A stretch of DNA of 56,216 bases from Candidatus Poseidoniales archaeon. Lineage in GTDB: Archaea > Thermoplasmatota > Poseidoniia > Poseidoniales > Poseidoniaceae. Below are positions 43,270-51,521 of the stretch, piece after piece. How positions within the stretch are numbered: the stretch's first letter is position 1; every line of letters starts with the position of its first letter. The position numbers and the translations under genes were made by a program. The DNA is taken from contig JAPOGE010000001.1 of assembly GCA_028283345.1 (NCBI GenBank), positions 1-56,216 of the forward strand, in the 5' to 3' direction. Under the pieces are notes generated by a model that searched no databases, was not told where the DNA came from, and worked only from the letters and a program-made list of their open reading frames with translations.

Positions 43270-45969
43270 ATGCGATTTGAGATGAAACGAGCACTGCTGA
43301 TTGTACTGATGATGATTTTTTCGACCGCCGCCGGCTGTCTTAACCCAACCGACGATGTGGAGGGATGTGTGGATGCCATCGCAACCAACTACAACGCTGA
43401 CGCGACCGTCGACGATGGTTCGTGTGAGTTCGCTGACTCGGACGGCGACGGCATATACGACCACCTAGAGGTTACTGGATGCACCGACTCCAACGCTTCG
43501 AACTACGCTGCCAACGCCACGGATGACGATGGCTCATGCACTTTCGCTGACTCGGACGGAGACGGCGTTATCGATTCCGATGATTCCTGTCCGTACACCC
43601 CGGCCACCGACGTGGTCGATGCCAATGGCTGTACCGTCATCCCCGATGCCGATGGCGATGGCGTCGACGACGACGTCGACGAATGCCCCAGTACTACGGT
43701 GGGCACTGATGTCGATGACGTCGGTTGCCCGGTACCGGTGGCAATCGAGGTCTCAATCGGTCTGTTGAGCCCGCAGAGCGGTGAATTGTCCGACCTTTCC
43801 GAGAGCATTGAAAGAGCCGCGAATCTCGCCGTCAACCACATGAATGATGGACAGTACGTCTACGAATTCACCCTGATTGTCGAAGATTCCGGCTGTGACG
43901 CGACCACCGCCGCAGCCGCGACACAATCCCTGGCCGATTCCGGGGTCAGCGGCATCGTCGGCCCGGCCTGTGATAACGCCGCCATGAGCGCCATGCAGGT
44001 GGCGATGAGCGAGAAAATCCCTCTGATCTCCTATGCCAGTTCCTCGCCGGCCCTCAGCACCGCGGTCGATGATGGCTACATGTGGCGGGTCGTCGCCAGT
44101 ATCGCATACGAAGGAATCGCCGCCGCCACCTGGGCGCAATTGGCTCAGATCACCAACCCTGCGGTGATGGCCAGGAATTCCACCGCCGAAGCGCCGATTG
44201 CCCAGGCTTTCATCGCCTCAGCAATGGCGGCTGGAATACAACTCTGCTACACTTCATTCTACTCCGATGATACCACCAACTTCTCTGCCGATGTAGCGGC
44301 CATCAAGGCCGCAGGGTGTGACGGCGTCTTCCTTGTTTCTGAATTCACCGACGGCAGTGCCATCATCGAGGAACTCGCCGCTCAGGAACTTCTCGGCGAG
44401 GATGGCATCACCGTGGTTGGGCATGGTGGTATCGGCGATGCTGATTTTGCTGATGAATTCGATAACCCCGGCTTGCTCGACGGTATCTACGGCTCGCGCG
44501 CCGCCTCCTCAGAGAGCACCCTCGAGGTGTATCAATTCATCCAGCGCTACCTGAGCGCCTACGGTAGCGACCCGGGAGAACATGCACCTGAGGTCTACGA
44601 TGCCACCACCCTGTTGATGCTGGCTGTCGGCCAAGCCGGGAGCACCGACGGTGAATCAGTCCGAGATGCTCTGATGACGGTTGGTCAGGAGCACGCCGGG
44701 GCGAGTGGGGATTTCTCCTTCTCAGACAATGGTGATGTTCCCGGGGCACATTTCGAGTTCTGGAAGTTCACCTGTGAGGACTGTGATGACGACGGTGTCG
44801 GCAACTTGCTGGCCTTCGAAGTGGTCGCCACCTGGAGCCCATATTCCGGAATCTGGGCGAATTGCCGCAGTGGTACGCCGCAGGTGCAGATCGGGGTTCT
44901 TTATCCCGCCACCGGAGCCGGTAGCGCCGGTAGTGAGAGTTTCCTCTACGGAGTTCAATTATCAGCCATGCTCATCAATGTCCAACAGCGAGACATATGT
45001 TTCATGGTCATCTCTGCAGATACCGAGGGAACCACAGCCGGTGCGGCCGCGGCGGCGCAGGAACTCATCGATGCCGGAGTGGTGGGAATCGTTGGCCCAG
45101 CCGATTGTGCCGAGACGATGGCTGCGACAGATGTTGCCGTAGCCGCGAAAACAACCATCATCTCCTATGCGTGCACATCACCGGAGTTGACAGATTACGA
45201 CGATGGCAGTGATACCTATGGTAATGGTTACCTCTGGCGCACCACCCACAGCGATGCTTGGCCAGCCGATGCCGCGGCTGATTATGCCGCTGAGAATGGC
45301 CATTCCTCGATTGCAGTTTATCGAACCGCCGATGCGGATGGCGACACCTTGGCCTCATCCCTGACCTCTGCGGTCGGCGGCACCTTGTGCGCCGACATCA
45401 CCTTCACACCAGGCTCGCTCGGCACCACCGCCGATGCGGTCGGTTGTGATGCGGTGGTCATCTTTGCCGATGCCGGCGATAGTGCGATGATTGTCGATGA
45501 CCTTGCGGCGCAGGGTTTCACCGGAGAAATCATCGGCAACGGGGCGATGGATAGTGATGAATTCAATGCCGCGGTAACCACCTCGACCGATAATATGGTC
45601 ATCGTCAGTTTTTCCGAGGAGAGTTTCTCCTCGACCCTCTCCAATGCCTTCGGTATTGCCTACATGATGAATTATGGCACCGCACCACCGGCTTTCTCCG
45701 CCGAGGCAGCTGATGGCGGTTTGATTATCGCGGTATCCTTCATCTTCGGCTATAACTCCGGCCTTTCAGCACAGACAAATAGCGAATACGTCAACTGGTT
45801 CATTCCCGCAATCGCCGATGAATATGCCGGCGCCTCCGGCTACCTGACCGTCGATGCCAACACTGGAGATATGCCGAGCAAGGGTCACTTCAACATCTTC
45901 CGCATGGTCTCGGGAACCCTCCAACTCGAGTATACCTGGGACCCTTTGAGTGGTTTAGATGCGGCCTGA
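43270..45969 (+). CDS. Lipoprotein with TSP3-like Ca-binding repeats and two tandem type-1 periplasmic-binding (Leu/Ile/Val-binding-like) domains
   Basis: Lipobox-like MMIFSTAAGC. Two C-x-D...NY..A..DDGSC-x-F modules. DSDGDGVIDSDDSCP / DADGDGVDDDVDECP repeats. Two copies of the PBP1 pattern (IVGPACDNAAMSAMQVAMSEKIPLISYASSSPALS and IVGPADCAETMAATDVAVAAKTTIISYACTSPELT). Confidence 0.85.
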   Translation: MRFEMKRALLIVLMMIFSTAAGCLNPTDDVEGCVDAIATNYNADATVDDGSCEFADSDGDGIYDHLEVTGCTDSNASNYAANATDDDGSCTFADSDGDGVIDSDDSCPYTPATDVVDANGCTVIPDADGDGVDDDVDECPSTTVGTDVDDVGCPVPVAIEVSIGLLSPQSGELSDLSESIERAANLAVNHMNDGQYVYEFTLIVEDSGCDATTAAAATQSLADSGVSGIVGPACDNAAMSAMQVAMSEKIPLISYASSSPALSTAVDDGYMWRVVASIAYEGIAAATWAQLAQITNPAVMARNSTAEAPIAQAFIASAMAAGIQLCYTSFYSDDTTNFSADVAAIKAAGCDGVFLVSEFTDGSAIIEELAAQELLGEDGITVVGHGGIGDADFADEFDNPGLLDGIYGSRAASSESTLEVYQFIQRYLSAYGSDPGEHAPEVYDATTLLMLAVGQAGSTDGESVRDALMTVGQEHAGASGDFSFSDNGDVPGAHFEFWKFTCEDCDDDGVGNLLAFEVVATWSPYSGIWANCRSGTPQVQIGVLYPATGAGSAGSESFLYGVQLSAMLINVQQRDICFMVISADTEGTTAGAAAAAQELIDAGVVGIVGPADCAETMAATDVAVAAKTTIISYACTSPELTDYDDGSDTYGNGYLWRTTHSDAWPADAAADYAAENGHSSIAVYRTADADGDTLASSLTSAVGGTLCADITFTPGSLGTTADAVGCDAVVIFADAGDSAMIVDDLAAQGFTGEIIGNGAMDSDEFNAAVTTSTDNMVIVSFSEESFSSTLSNAFGIAYMMNYGTAPPAFSAEAADGGLIIAVSFIFGYNSGLSAQTNSEYVNWFIPAIADEYAGASGYLTVDANTGDMPSKGHFNIFRMVSGTLQLEYTWDPLSGLDAA

Positions 45970-46106
45970 AAACGGCTTGAACCACCCTGATTCAGCCGCC
46001 CAGCCCACCAAAGCGGCCACAGCACCTTCAAGCAACTGGCCGGACATCAGCGCCAATTCCGTCAGCCCCCGGCGCGAGGCGTAATATCGGCCACCTGGTC
46101 CGGCGC

Positions 46107-46475
46107 TCAGGATAACAACGGCAATGAGCCGATGATGGCGTCGACCTCGTCGCGCTCGGCAGGCCCGATGGCGACCACGGTCACGGTACCAGCCGGTATC
46201 TCGGTATGCCCGGCATCACTGATCATCTCAGCCACCAGCCCGTCGGCTCTGGCCTCACCGTAAATCCGCTTCAAGTGCTCGAGGTTGCGAGCCACGACAA
46301 CGATTTTACGCGCCCCGTTCGCCCGCCAGTCAGCCAACTGTTTAGCAGCCACCTTCGATGAGGTGAAAGCCGCGTCAACCGCAGCATGAGCGGCTTGAGC
46401 GGCCAATTTTCCCTTTGATAATTTTAGGTCGGCGCGGGTGATGATGGCCATGGTCAATTGAACTTCACGCGCCAT
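46107..46475 (-). CDS. pth2: Peptidyl-tRNA hydrolase Pth2, copy 2 (divergent paralog)
   Basis: MAIITRADLKLSKGKLAAQAAHAAV ... RKIVVVARNLEHL ... ISDAGHTEIPAGTVTVVAIGP ... IGSLPLLS. The start is the ATG at 46475, 4 nt after the upstream stop. Confidence 0.88.
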   Translation of the reverse strand: MAREVQLTMAIITRADLKLSKGKLAAQAAHAAVDAAFTSSKVAAKQLADWRANGARKIVVVARNLEHLKRIYGEARADGLVAEMISDAGHTEIPAGTVTVVAIGPAERDEVDAIIGSLPLLS

Positions 46476-46479
46476 GCCC

Positions 46480-47145
46480 TCACGCAACGTCAGTAGCAAT
46501 GACTTCGCTCGACACCTGTTGCTGAGGCAATTCCCAACCAGAGCGATTCAGTAGTAGATTCAGACTGGGAACCAACCACAGGGCAAAGGTGATATTTCCG
46601 AAAACGTGCAGAATGTCATAAGGAATTCCGGTCACGAGATAGGTGAAGAACTCCCCTGCATCAGCCAGGGTGGGCAATACCGAGAGCGAGACTATCCAAT
46701 CGAAGGCAAAGGCGGCGATGACTCCGGTGATCAGCAGGGGTCTAATGCGGAAATAGCCATCCTCATCGCGTAGAGTGGACGATAATTTGGCCCCAGCCAG
46801 CGCGGCTAAGGCCCAACCGAGCGCCTGAAAAACCGACCATGTACCACTGCCCAATTGCAGATTGGTGACTAAAGTTACCAAAAGAGCCAGACCGACACCT
46901 CGCCTCCAGCCCAGCAATGCCCCACCCATGATGACCAGAATGGTAACCGGTTGAACATTGGGTACCGATGCCAACACCCACCGCCCCAATATTGCCGCAG
47001 TGGCAAATGCGAGGAACATCATCCTCTGACGGGTGGCAACATCGACAACCCCCTTGCTCATCACTCGCAGGGCAACAACAAGGATCAGCAAGTCAATTAT
47101 CATCAAACTTGCAGGCCCGAGGACTGTCGCGTGGGTTGCCAACAT
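46480..47145 (-). CDS. Six-TM membrane protein, weakly ECF-transporter S-component-like
   Basis: Hydrophobic 221-aa ORF with PNVQPVTILVIMGGALLGWRRG...NLQLGSGTWSVFQALGW. The family call rests on pattern only. Confidence 0.65.
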   Translation of the reverse strand: MLATHATVLGPASLMIIDLLILVVALRVMSKGVVDVATRQRMMFLAFATAAILGRWVLASVPNVQPVTILVIMGGALLGWRRGVGLALLVTLVTNLQLGSGTWSVFQALGWALAALAGAKLSSTLRDEDGYFRIRPLLITGVIAAFAFDWIVSLSVLPTLADAGEFFTYLVTGIPYDILHVFGNITFALWLVPSLNLLLNRSGWELPQQQVSSEVIATDVA

Positions 47146-47303
47146 TTGTTTCGCCTATCGGCGCACAGTAACAGCCACTTATTCACCATTGCCCAAATCC
47201 ACTACTCGGGACGACCAAACCGTGCCAACTCGGCAAATTGCCAGTTATTCCCGCCAATTGGTAGGACAAATCTTGAATTCACGATGTCGTGGCAGGAATT
47301 CCC

Positions 47304-49244
47304 TTATAGATAATACCATATGAGTATTGTATCTTCTTCAATGCTATATGCATCAATCGCCACGTTAGCATGGATGCCATCGACCCAGTATAACAGCCAA
47401 CGGTCATCCTTGCCATCCTCGGCATTGGCAATTGAATCGACATATCCACCGATTGACTCCTGATGATAGACAAATTCGATCCCGGCGACCTCGCACCCCA
47501 TCACGGTCAACTCCCAGCCATTATCTGCTCCTGAGAGCCCACCGATCCAGACCGATGGAATCTGGTTGCCGGAGGGGTGGCTCGAGATGATTGAACCATC
47601 ACTGTCGACCATGGTGATGTTATTTGCATAGATTTCTATGAGAAACGGGTCTAAAAACTCAAAACCAATTACCTGCGTGCCCTTCCAAGACTCCGGCCAC
47701 AGCGAATCATCGCGTTCTTCACCATCCTTTGCAACCAATTCATTGACGGATTGCTGGGCTGTGGGCAATAGCAATACCATCCCTATCAGGAGTAATGTGG
47801 TGGCTCCAGCGAAGGCGATCTGTGGCCTGCGACCGAGTTTTACCAGTAGGAGGCAGAAGAACCCCAGCACCAGGCCAAAGCCGATTAGCACATAGGCCGA
47901 GTTCGGTGCTGATTGGCTGGCCTCGAAATTGTCCCCGTAGGTGGGCTCGAGGGTGGTTTCTGTGTCTTGAGATTGCCATTCTGCCAACCGATGGGCACTA
48001 TAGCGGAATTGTTCATCAGCGCTAAGTGCATCGTTAATACTGATTTCAACCCAGCCTGCATCATTTGCTATGGCTATTGCATTGATTTCCCCGCCCCAAC
48101 CGATTCCTGCGGTCATATAGCCAGATACTTGAGGAATCCAGGTCCATTGTAATTCGACGGTGGAATTGCTGGGATTTATTCGGTAAACGTCGATTTTTCC
48201 TTGAGCGGTATTGATTGGTAGAGCAAATAGGTCACTACCGAGGGCCTGAGTCGTCCCAACCACCGGTTGGTCGGTGATCTCCGCGACCAATGTTAATTCA
48301 TCAGAGAATTTCCACCACGTCGTATTATGTGTTGTCGGGATGATGATGTTTCCTGGCGATTGCGCCATTATCCCGAAACTCCCCCGTAGGGCATACTGTT
48401 GTTTAACCACACCATCAGCCCAATGAATCAGTACACTGCCGGTTGTCGACTGAATCGGTATCAGTAGTTCGCCATCTCCCAGCGCCAATATCTGCGAGCG
48501 TATCTTCCCTGATTGGATACCAAAGTCGACGGTTGTGGTCGAATTCGGCGCCGAGGAGTTCCAATAGGTCATCCTCCCCTGTTCATCCCCGGCCGCATAC
48601 CAGATGAGGTCACCTTCGAGCCAATAGGTCGGCCAGTGACGATATCCCCTGACATCATCGGGGAAGATCACATTCCAATTCTCTTCGCCATCAACTGGGT
48701 CCAGAGAGAGGACGCCATTCTCCATCGGCACCAGAATCTCACGATACGTGCTATTGCTCGCTACTTTTACGATGGCACCGTGAATTCCGTAGGCTGGAGC
48801 CGAGGTGTTTACCGACCAGTGAAGAATGCCGTCGACTATCCGGTGAGCGGTTATCTCGCCCGATGACCATCCGGTGATCACCACATCCGGCATTGAATAG
48901 ATTCCATCGATTTGCGTCACTGAGAATGGTAGGAGGGGTGACATCTCGAATTGTATCTTGGATTCCATGCTGACATTCCATAATTCACTGCCATCACTCT
49001 GTAGATACGCGACCAGACCACCCGGGGTCTTGACCACCGCGATGCCACCCCATAGCAACGGGGCCGAGGAGACATAACCCGAATCCAGGTCTTTGCTCCA
49101 GGTCACTACCGGGGCACTGGAGCCATATAGGTCGAAAGAAGAGGTTCCCTCACCAATCGCCATTGGTAAAGGCACAATAATCGCGGCTAGCAGAATCACC
49201 AGCGCTATGGTTGCCAATTTCGGCCGCATCCCCCAACCCACCAC
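47304..49244 (-). CDS. Secreted PQQ-like beta-propeller protein with a mid-protein TM segment and a C-terminal DUF4430 (transcobalamin-like) domain
   Basis: Signal/TM N-terminus and repeated G.V.SSP..G..VV.T..G.L.A...DG...W blocks. TM AYVLIGFGLVLGFFCLLLV. The C-terminus ...SIGGYVDSIANAEDGKDDRWLLYWVDGIHANVAIDAYSIEEDTILIWYY matches the DUF4430 pattern. Confidence 0.78.
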   Translation of the reverse strand: MVGWGMRPKLATIALVILLAAIIVPLPMAIGEGTSSFDLYGSSAPVVTWSKDLDSGYVSSAPLLWGGIAVVKTPGGLVAYLQSDGSELWNVSMESKIQFEMSPLLPFSVTQIDGIYSMPDVVITGWSSGEITAHRIVDGILHWSVNTSAPAYGIHGAIVKVASNSTYREILVPMENGVLSLDPVDGEENWNVIFPDDVRGYRHWPTYWLEGDLIWYAAGDEQGRMTYWNSSAPNSTTTVDFGIQSGKIRSQILALGDGELLIPIQSTTGSVLIHWADGVVKQQYALRGSFGIMAQSPGNIIIPTTHNTTWWKFSDELTLVAEITDQPVVGTTQALGSDLFALPINTAQGKIDVYRINPSNSTVELQWTWIPQVSGYMTAGIGWGGEINAIAIANDAGWVEISINDALSADEQFRYSAHRLAEWQSQDTETTLEPTYGDNFEASQSAPNSAYVLIGFGLVLGFFCLLLVKLGRRPQIAFAGATTLLLIGMVLLLPTAQQSVNELVAKDGEERDDSLWPESWKGTQVIGFEFLDPFLIEIYANNITMVDSDGSIISSHPSGNQIPSVWIGGLSGADNGWELTVMGCEVAGIEFVYHQESIGGYVDSIANAEDGKDDRWLLYWVDGIHANVAIDAYSIEEDTILIWYYL

Positions 49245-51521
49245 TCAAAGGAGTTTCAAAATCGCCTGCTTCAGCAATTCACTGACGACCTTACCATCGG
49301 CCGCACCGCCCGCCTCGCCCATCACCACACCCATCAGTGGCCCCATGGCTGCCATCCCCCTTTCAGTGATGAAATCGCCACGTTCGGCGATGACCTTGTC
49401 GACAATTACCGCCAAGTCTTGCGCATCGGCGGGTTTGAAGCCCTGGGCCTCGGCTCGGGCGGTGATTTCAGCCAACATAGCAGAAGTTGCAGCTGGATTG
49501 GCGGGCCCACCCAGCGGCCAGGCACCACTCGACAGGAGGTCGGCGGTTAACGGCACCACTCCTTCACGGGTCATTCCGCCTTCACCACGGACCTGAATGG
49601 ATAACGCAAGTGCGGCCAGAGGTACCGCAGTTTCCGGGCAACCGACCACCTCAGCGACCGCCTTTCGGGTTGAATCCAGCAGGGTTGTTGCCCAGGCCTT
49701 GGCAGGCAATGATTCCAATCCGGGTGCAAGGCCAGAGGCCAACCCAACTTCGATGTCCTCGCCAACCCCATCAGCCTCACCAGTTGTGTCACCGGCCCCC
49801 GGGGTGCGGTCAGCACCGATGCCGGCAAGGAATTCCTCGTCGAACTGTCGGTCCAGTAATTGCATTATCTGGTCGTCGGAAATTCCTCTTCCGGCCAATG
49901 TTTCCCGGCGTTGTTCCCTGGTCGGAGGAAGATTTTCGAGGATATTCTGCCATTGCTGTTCGGTCAATTGAAGAGGAGGGATGTCGGTTTCGGGATACAT
50001 CCTAGCCCCACCCGGCAGTGGCCGCATCGCGGTGGTCGTACCATCGGCCGGCTCACCCTTGGAGACCACGACATTGCGGACTTCCTGGGGGATTCTGTGC
50101 CATCCCATCCTGGCGCGCATCAGCACTGCTTCGAGCGCTAATTCCGCTTGCCATGCCGGGGCGCAACAAAGGACGAATGCATCGGCATCTCCGATGCCGA
50201 GTGCCGCCTTTACCGCCGCAACCTCATCATGACTGATTCCGTAGGCGGGTAATTCGTCGCTGTGGAATATCCCCGCCACCCCGGCCAATCTGGCGGCGTT
50301 GGCCAATTCCTGCCCGAGGCGCGGAAGTTGGGCGCCACCTGAATCCTCGCTCTTCACCCCGAGGTTTCCACCTAGGTATGGGAGTCGAATCGCCAACATC
50401 GCCGAACCTTCGGCAAGCGAGTTCGCGACCATCTTCGATTCGCAGGTGGAAAAGACCTCGCCGACATCGTGAATCTCCAGTGGAATCACGGCGGCCACCG
50501 CGCTGGCAACCTCAGTCTCGGTTATCGCATCGGTGTCGCGTCGGTCGGGTGGTAGAGCGGGCAAGGACAATTGCTTTCGCAGAGTATTGGCCAGACGATA
50601 GAAATGCAATTGGCGAGCCATCTCCAGGCGGATGATGCGGGGAATCCAATCGAGGTCCTGGCAACCCTTGATCTCGACCCGGTCACCACAGGCGATACTG
50701 ACATTGAGGTCTTGGCGGATTGAGCCCAACCCTCTCCTGACCCGGCGGGTGTCGCGCAGAATCGTTCCCATCACCCGGGCTGTCACCTGCGCGTGTTCAG
50801 GCGACTGAACCTCTGGGGCGGTGGCGATTTCGACCAATGGAATTCCCAGCCGATCGAGGTTCCAGGTGACTATTTCACCGTCTTTGGTGGCGGTGGTGTC
50901 GAGTTTTCTAGCGCTGTCTTCCTCTAGACATATCACGTCGACCCCGACATCACCATCCGGGGTTGCGATGACACCATTGGTGGCTATCAAGGTGGTACGC
51001 TGAAAGCCCGAGGTGTTTGAGCCGTCGACCACGGTTTTGCGCATCGTCTGCAGTAGCGGCACCGGGTGCGCCCGCATCAGGCCAGCGATTGTCAGGGCGG
51101 CTTCGACCGCGTCCTCGTCATGACCTTCAGGCGGTTGGTCATCGAGTTCGATGAGGCCGGAATTGGGCGCTTGGATGTAGATGAATTGGCGGCCTCGCTT
51201 GGCCTCGAATCGAGCCGCAATGTCGACCTTTCCTGATTCACCTTGTGCGACTCGCAGTTTTCGCCGTACTCGAGGCCATTGTTCAGGGACTGAATCGATG
51301 GTGACATCGTGCAGTTCCCCGGCTTGACGGGAATGTAATTTGCCGGTCGCCAATTGCTGATGGACCTCGAGACCGCACATGAAGCCGAGGCCTGCCGGAT
51401 CGAGAGAATCGGCGTCGTCAACATCACCTATCGGCTCGGGTGCTCGGGCGTCGCCAACATCACCTATCGGCTCACCCATAACTCGACCCATAGGGTCGAG
51501 AGTGATGAGCATATTCATCAA
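49245..51521 (-). CDS. gatE: Glu-tRNA(Gln) amidotransferase subunit E (archaeal GatE), with N-terminal extension and internal insertion
   Basis: GLEVHQQLATGKLH (GatB/E cradle motif), an AspRS-like insertion domain and a C-terminal YqeY-like tail (MAAMGPLMGVVMGEAGGAADGKVVSELLKQ). At 758 aa it is longer than the roughly 620-630 aa I recall as typical. Confidence 0.9.
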   Translation of the reverse strand: MMNMLITLDPMGRVMGEPIGDVGDARAPEPIGDVDDADSLDPAGLGFMCGLEVHQQLATGKLHSRQAGELHDVTIDSVPEQWPRVRRKLRVAQGESGKVDIAARFEAKRGRQFIYIQAPNSGLIELDDQPPEGHDEDAVEAALTIAGLMRAHPVPLLQTMRKTVVDGSNTSGFQRTTLIATNGVIATPDGDVGVDVICLEEDSARKLDTTATKDGEIVTWNLDRLGIPLVEIATAPEVQSPEHAQVTARVMGTILRDTRRVRRGLGSIRQDLNVSIACGDRVEIKGCQDLDWIPRIIRLEMARQLHFYRLANTLRKQLSLPALPPDRRDTDAITETEVASAVAAVIPLEIHDVGEVFSTCESKMVANSLAEGSAMLAIRLPYLGGNLGVKSEDSGGAQLPRLGQELANAARLAGVAGIFHSDELPAYGISHDEVAAVKAALGIGDADAFVLCCAPAWQAELALEAVLMRARMGWHRIPQEVRNVVVSKGEPADGTTTAMRPLPGGARMYPETDIPPLQLTEQQWQNILENLPPTREQRRETLAGRGISDDQIMQLLDRQFDEEFLAGIGADRTPGAGDTTGEADGVGEDIEVGLASGLAPGLESLPAKAWATTLLDSTRKAVAEVVGCPETAVPLAALALSIQVRGEGGMTREGVVPLTADLLSSGAWPLGGPANPAATSAMLAEITARAEAQGFKPADAQDLAVIVDKVIAERGDFITERGMAAMGPLMGVVMGEAGGAADGKVVSELLKQAILKLL

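Noticed and set aside
47146-47303. Possible cobalamin or TPP riboswitch upstream of the S-component-like gene, given the DUF4430 neighbour.
   Set aside because: I could not find a B12-box-like (AGYCMGGAGACCKGCC-type) or TPP (CTGAGA ... ACCTGA) core on the minus strand. Riboswitches are also rare in archaea.
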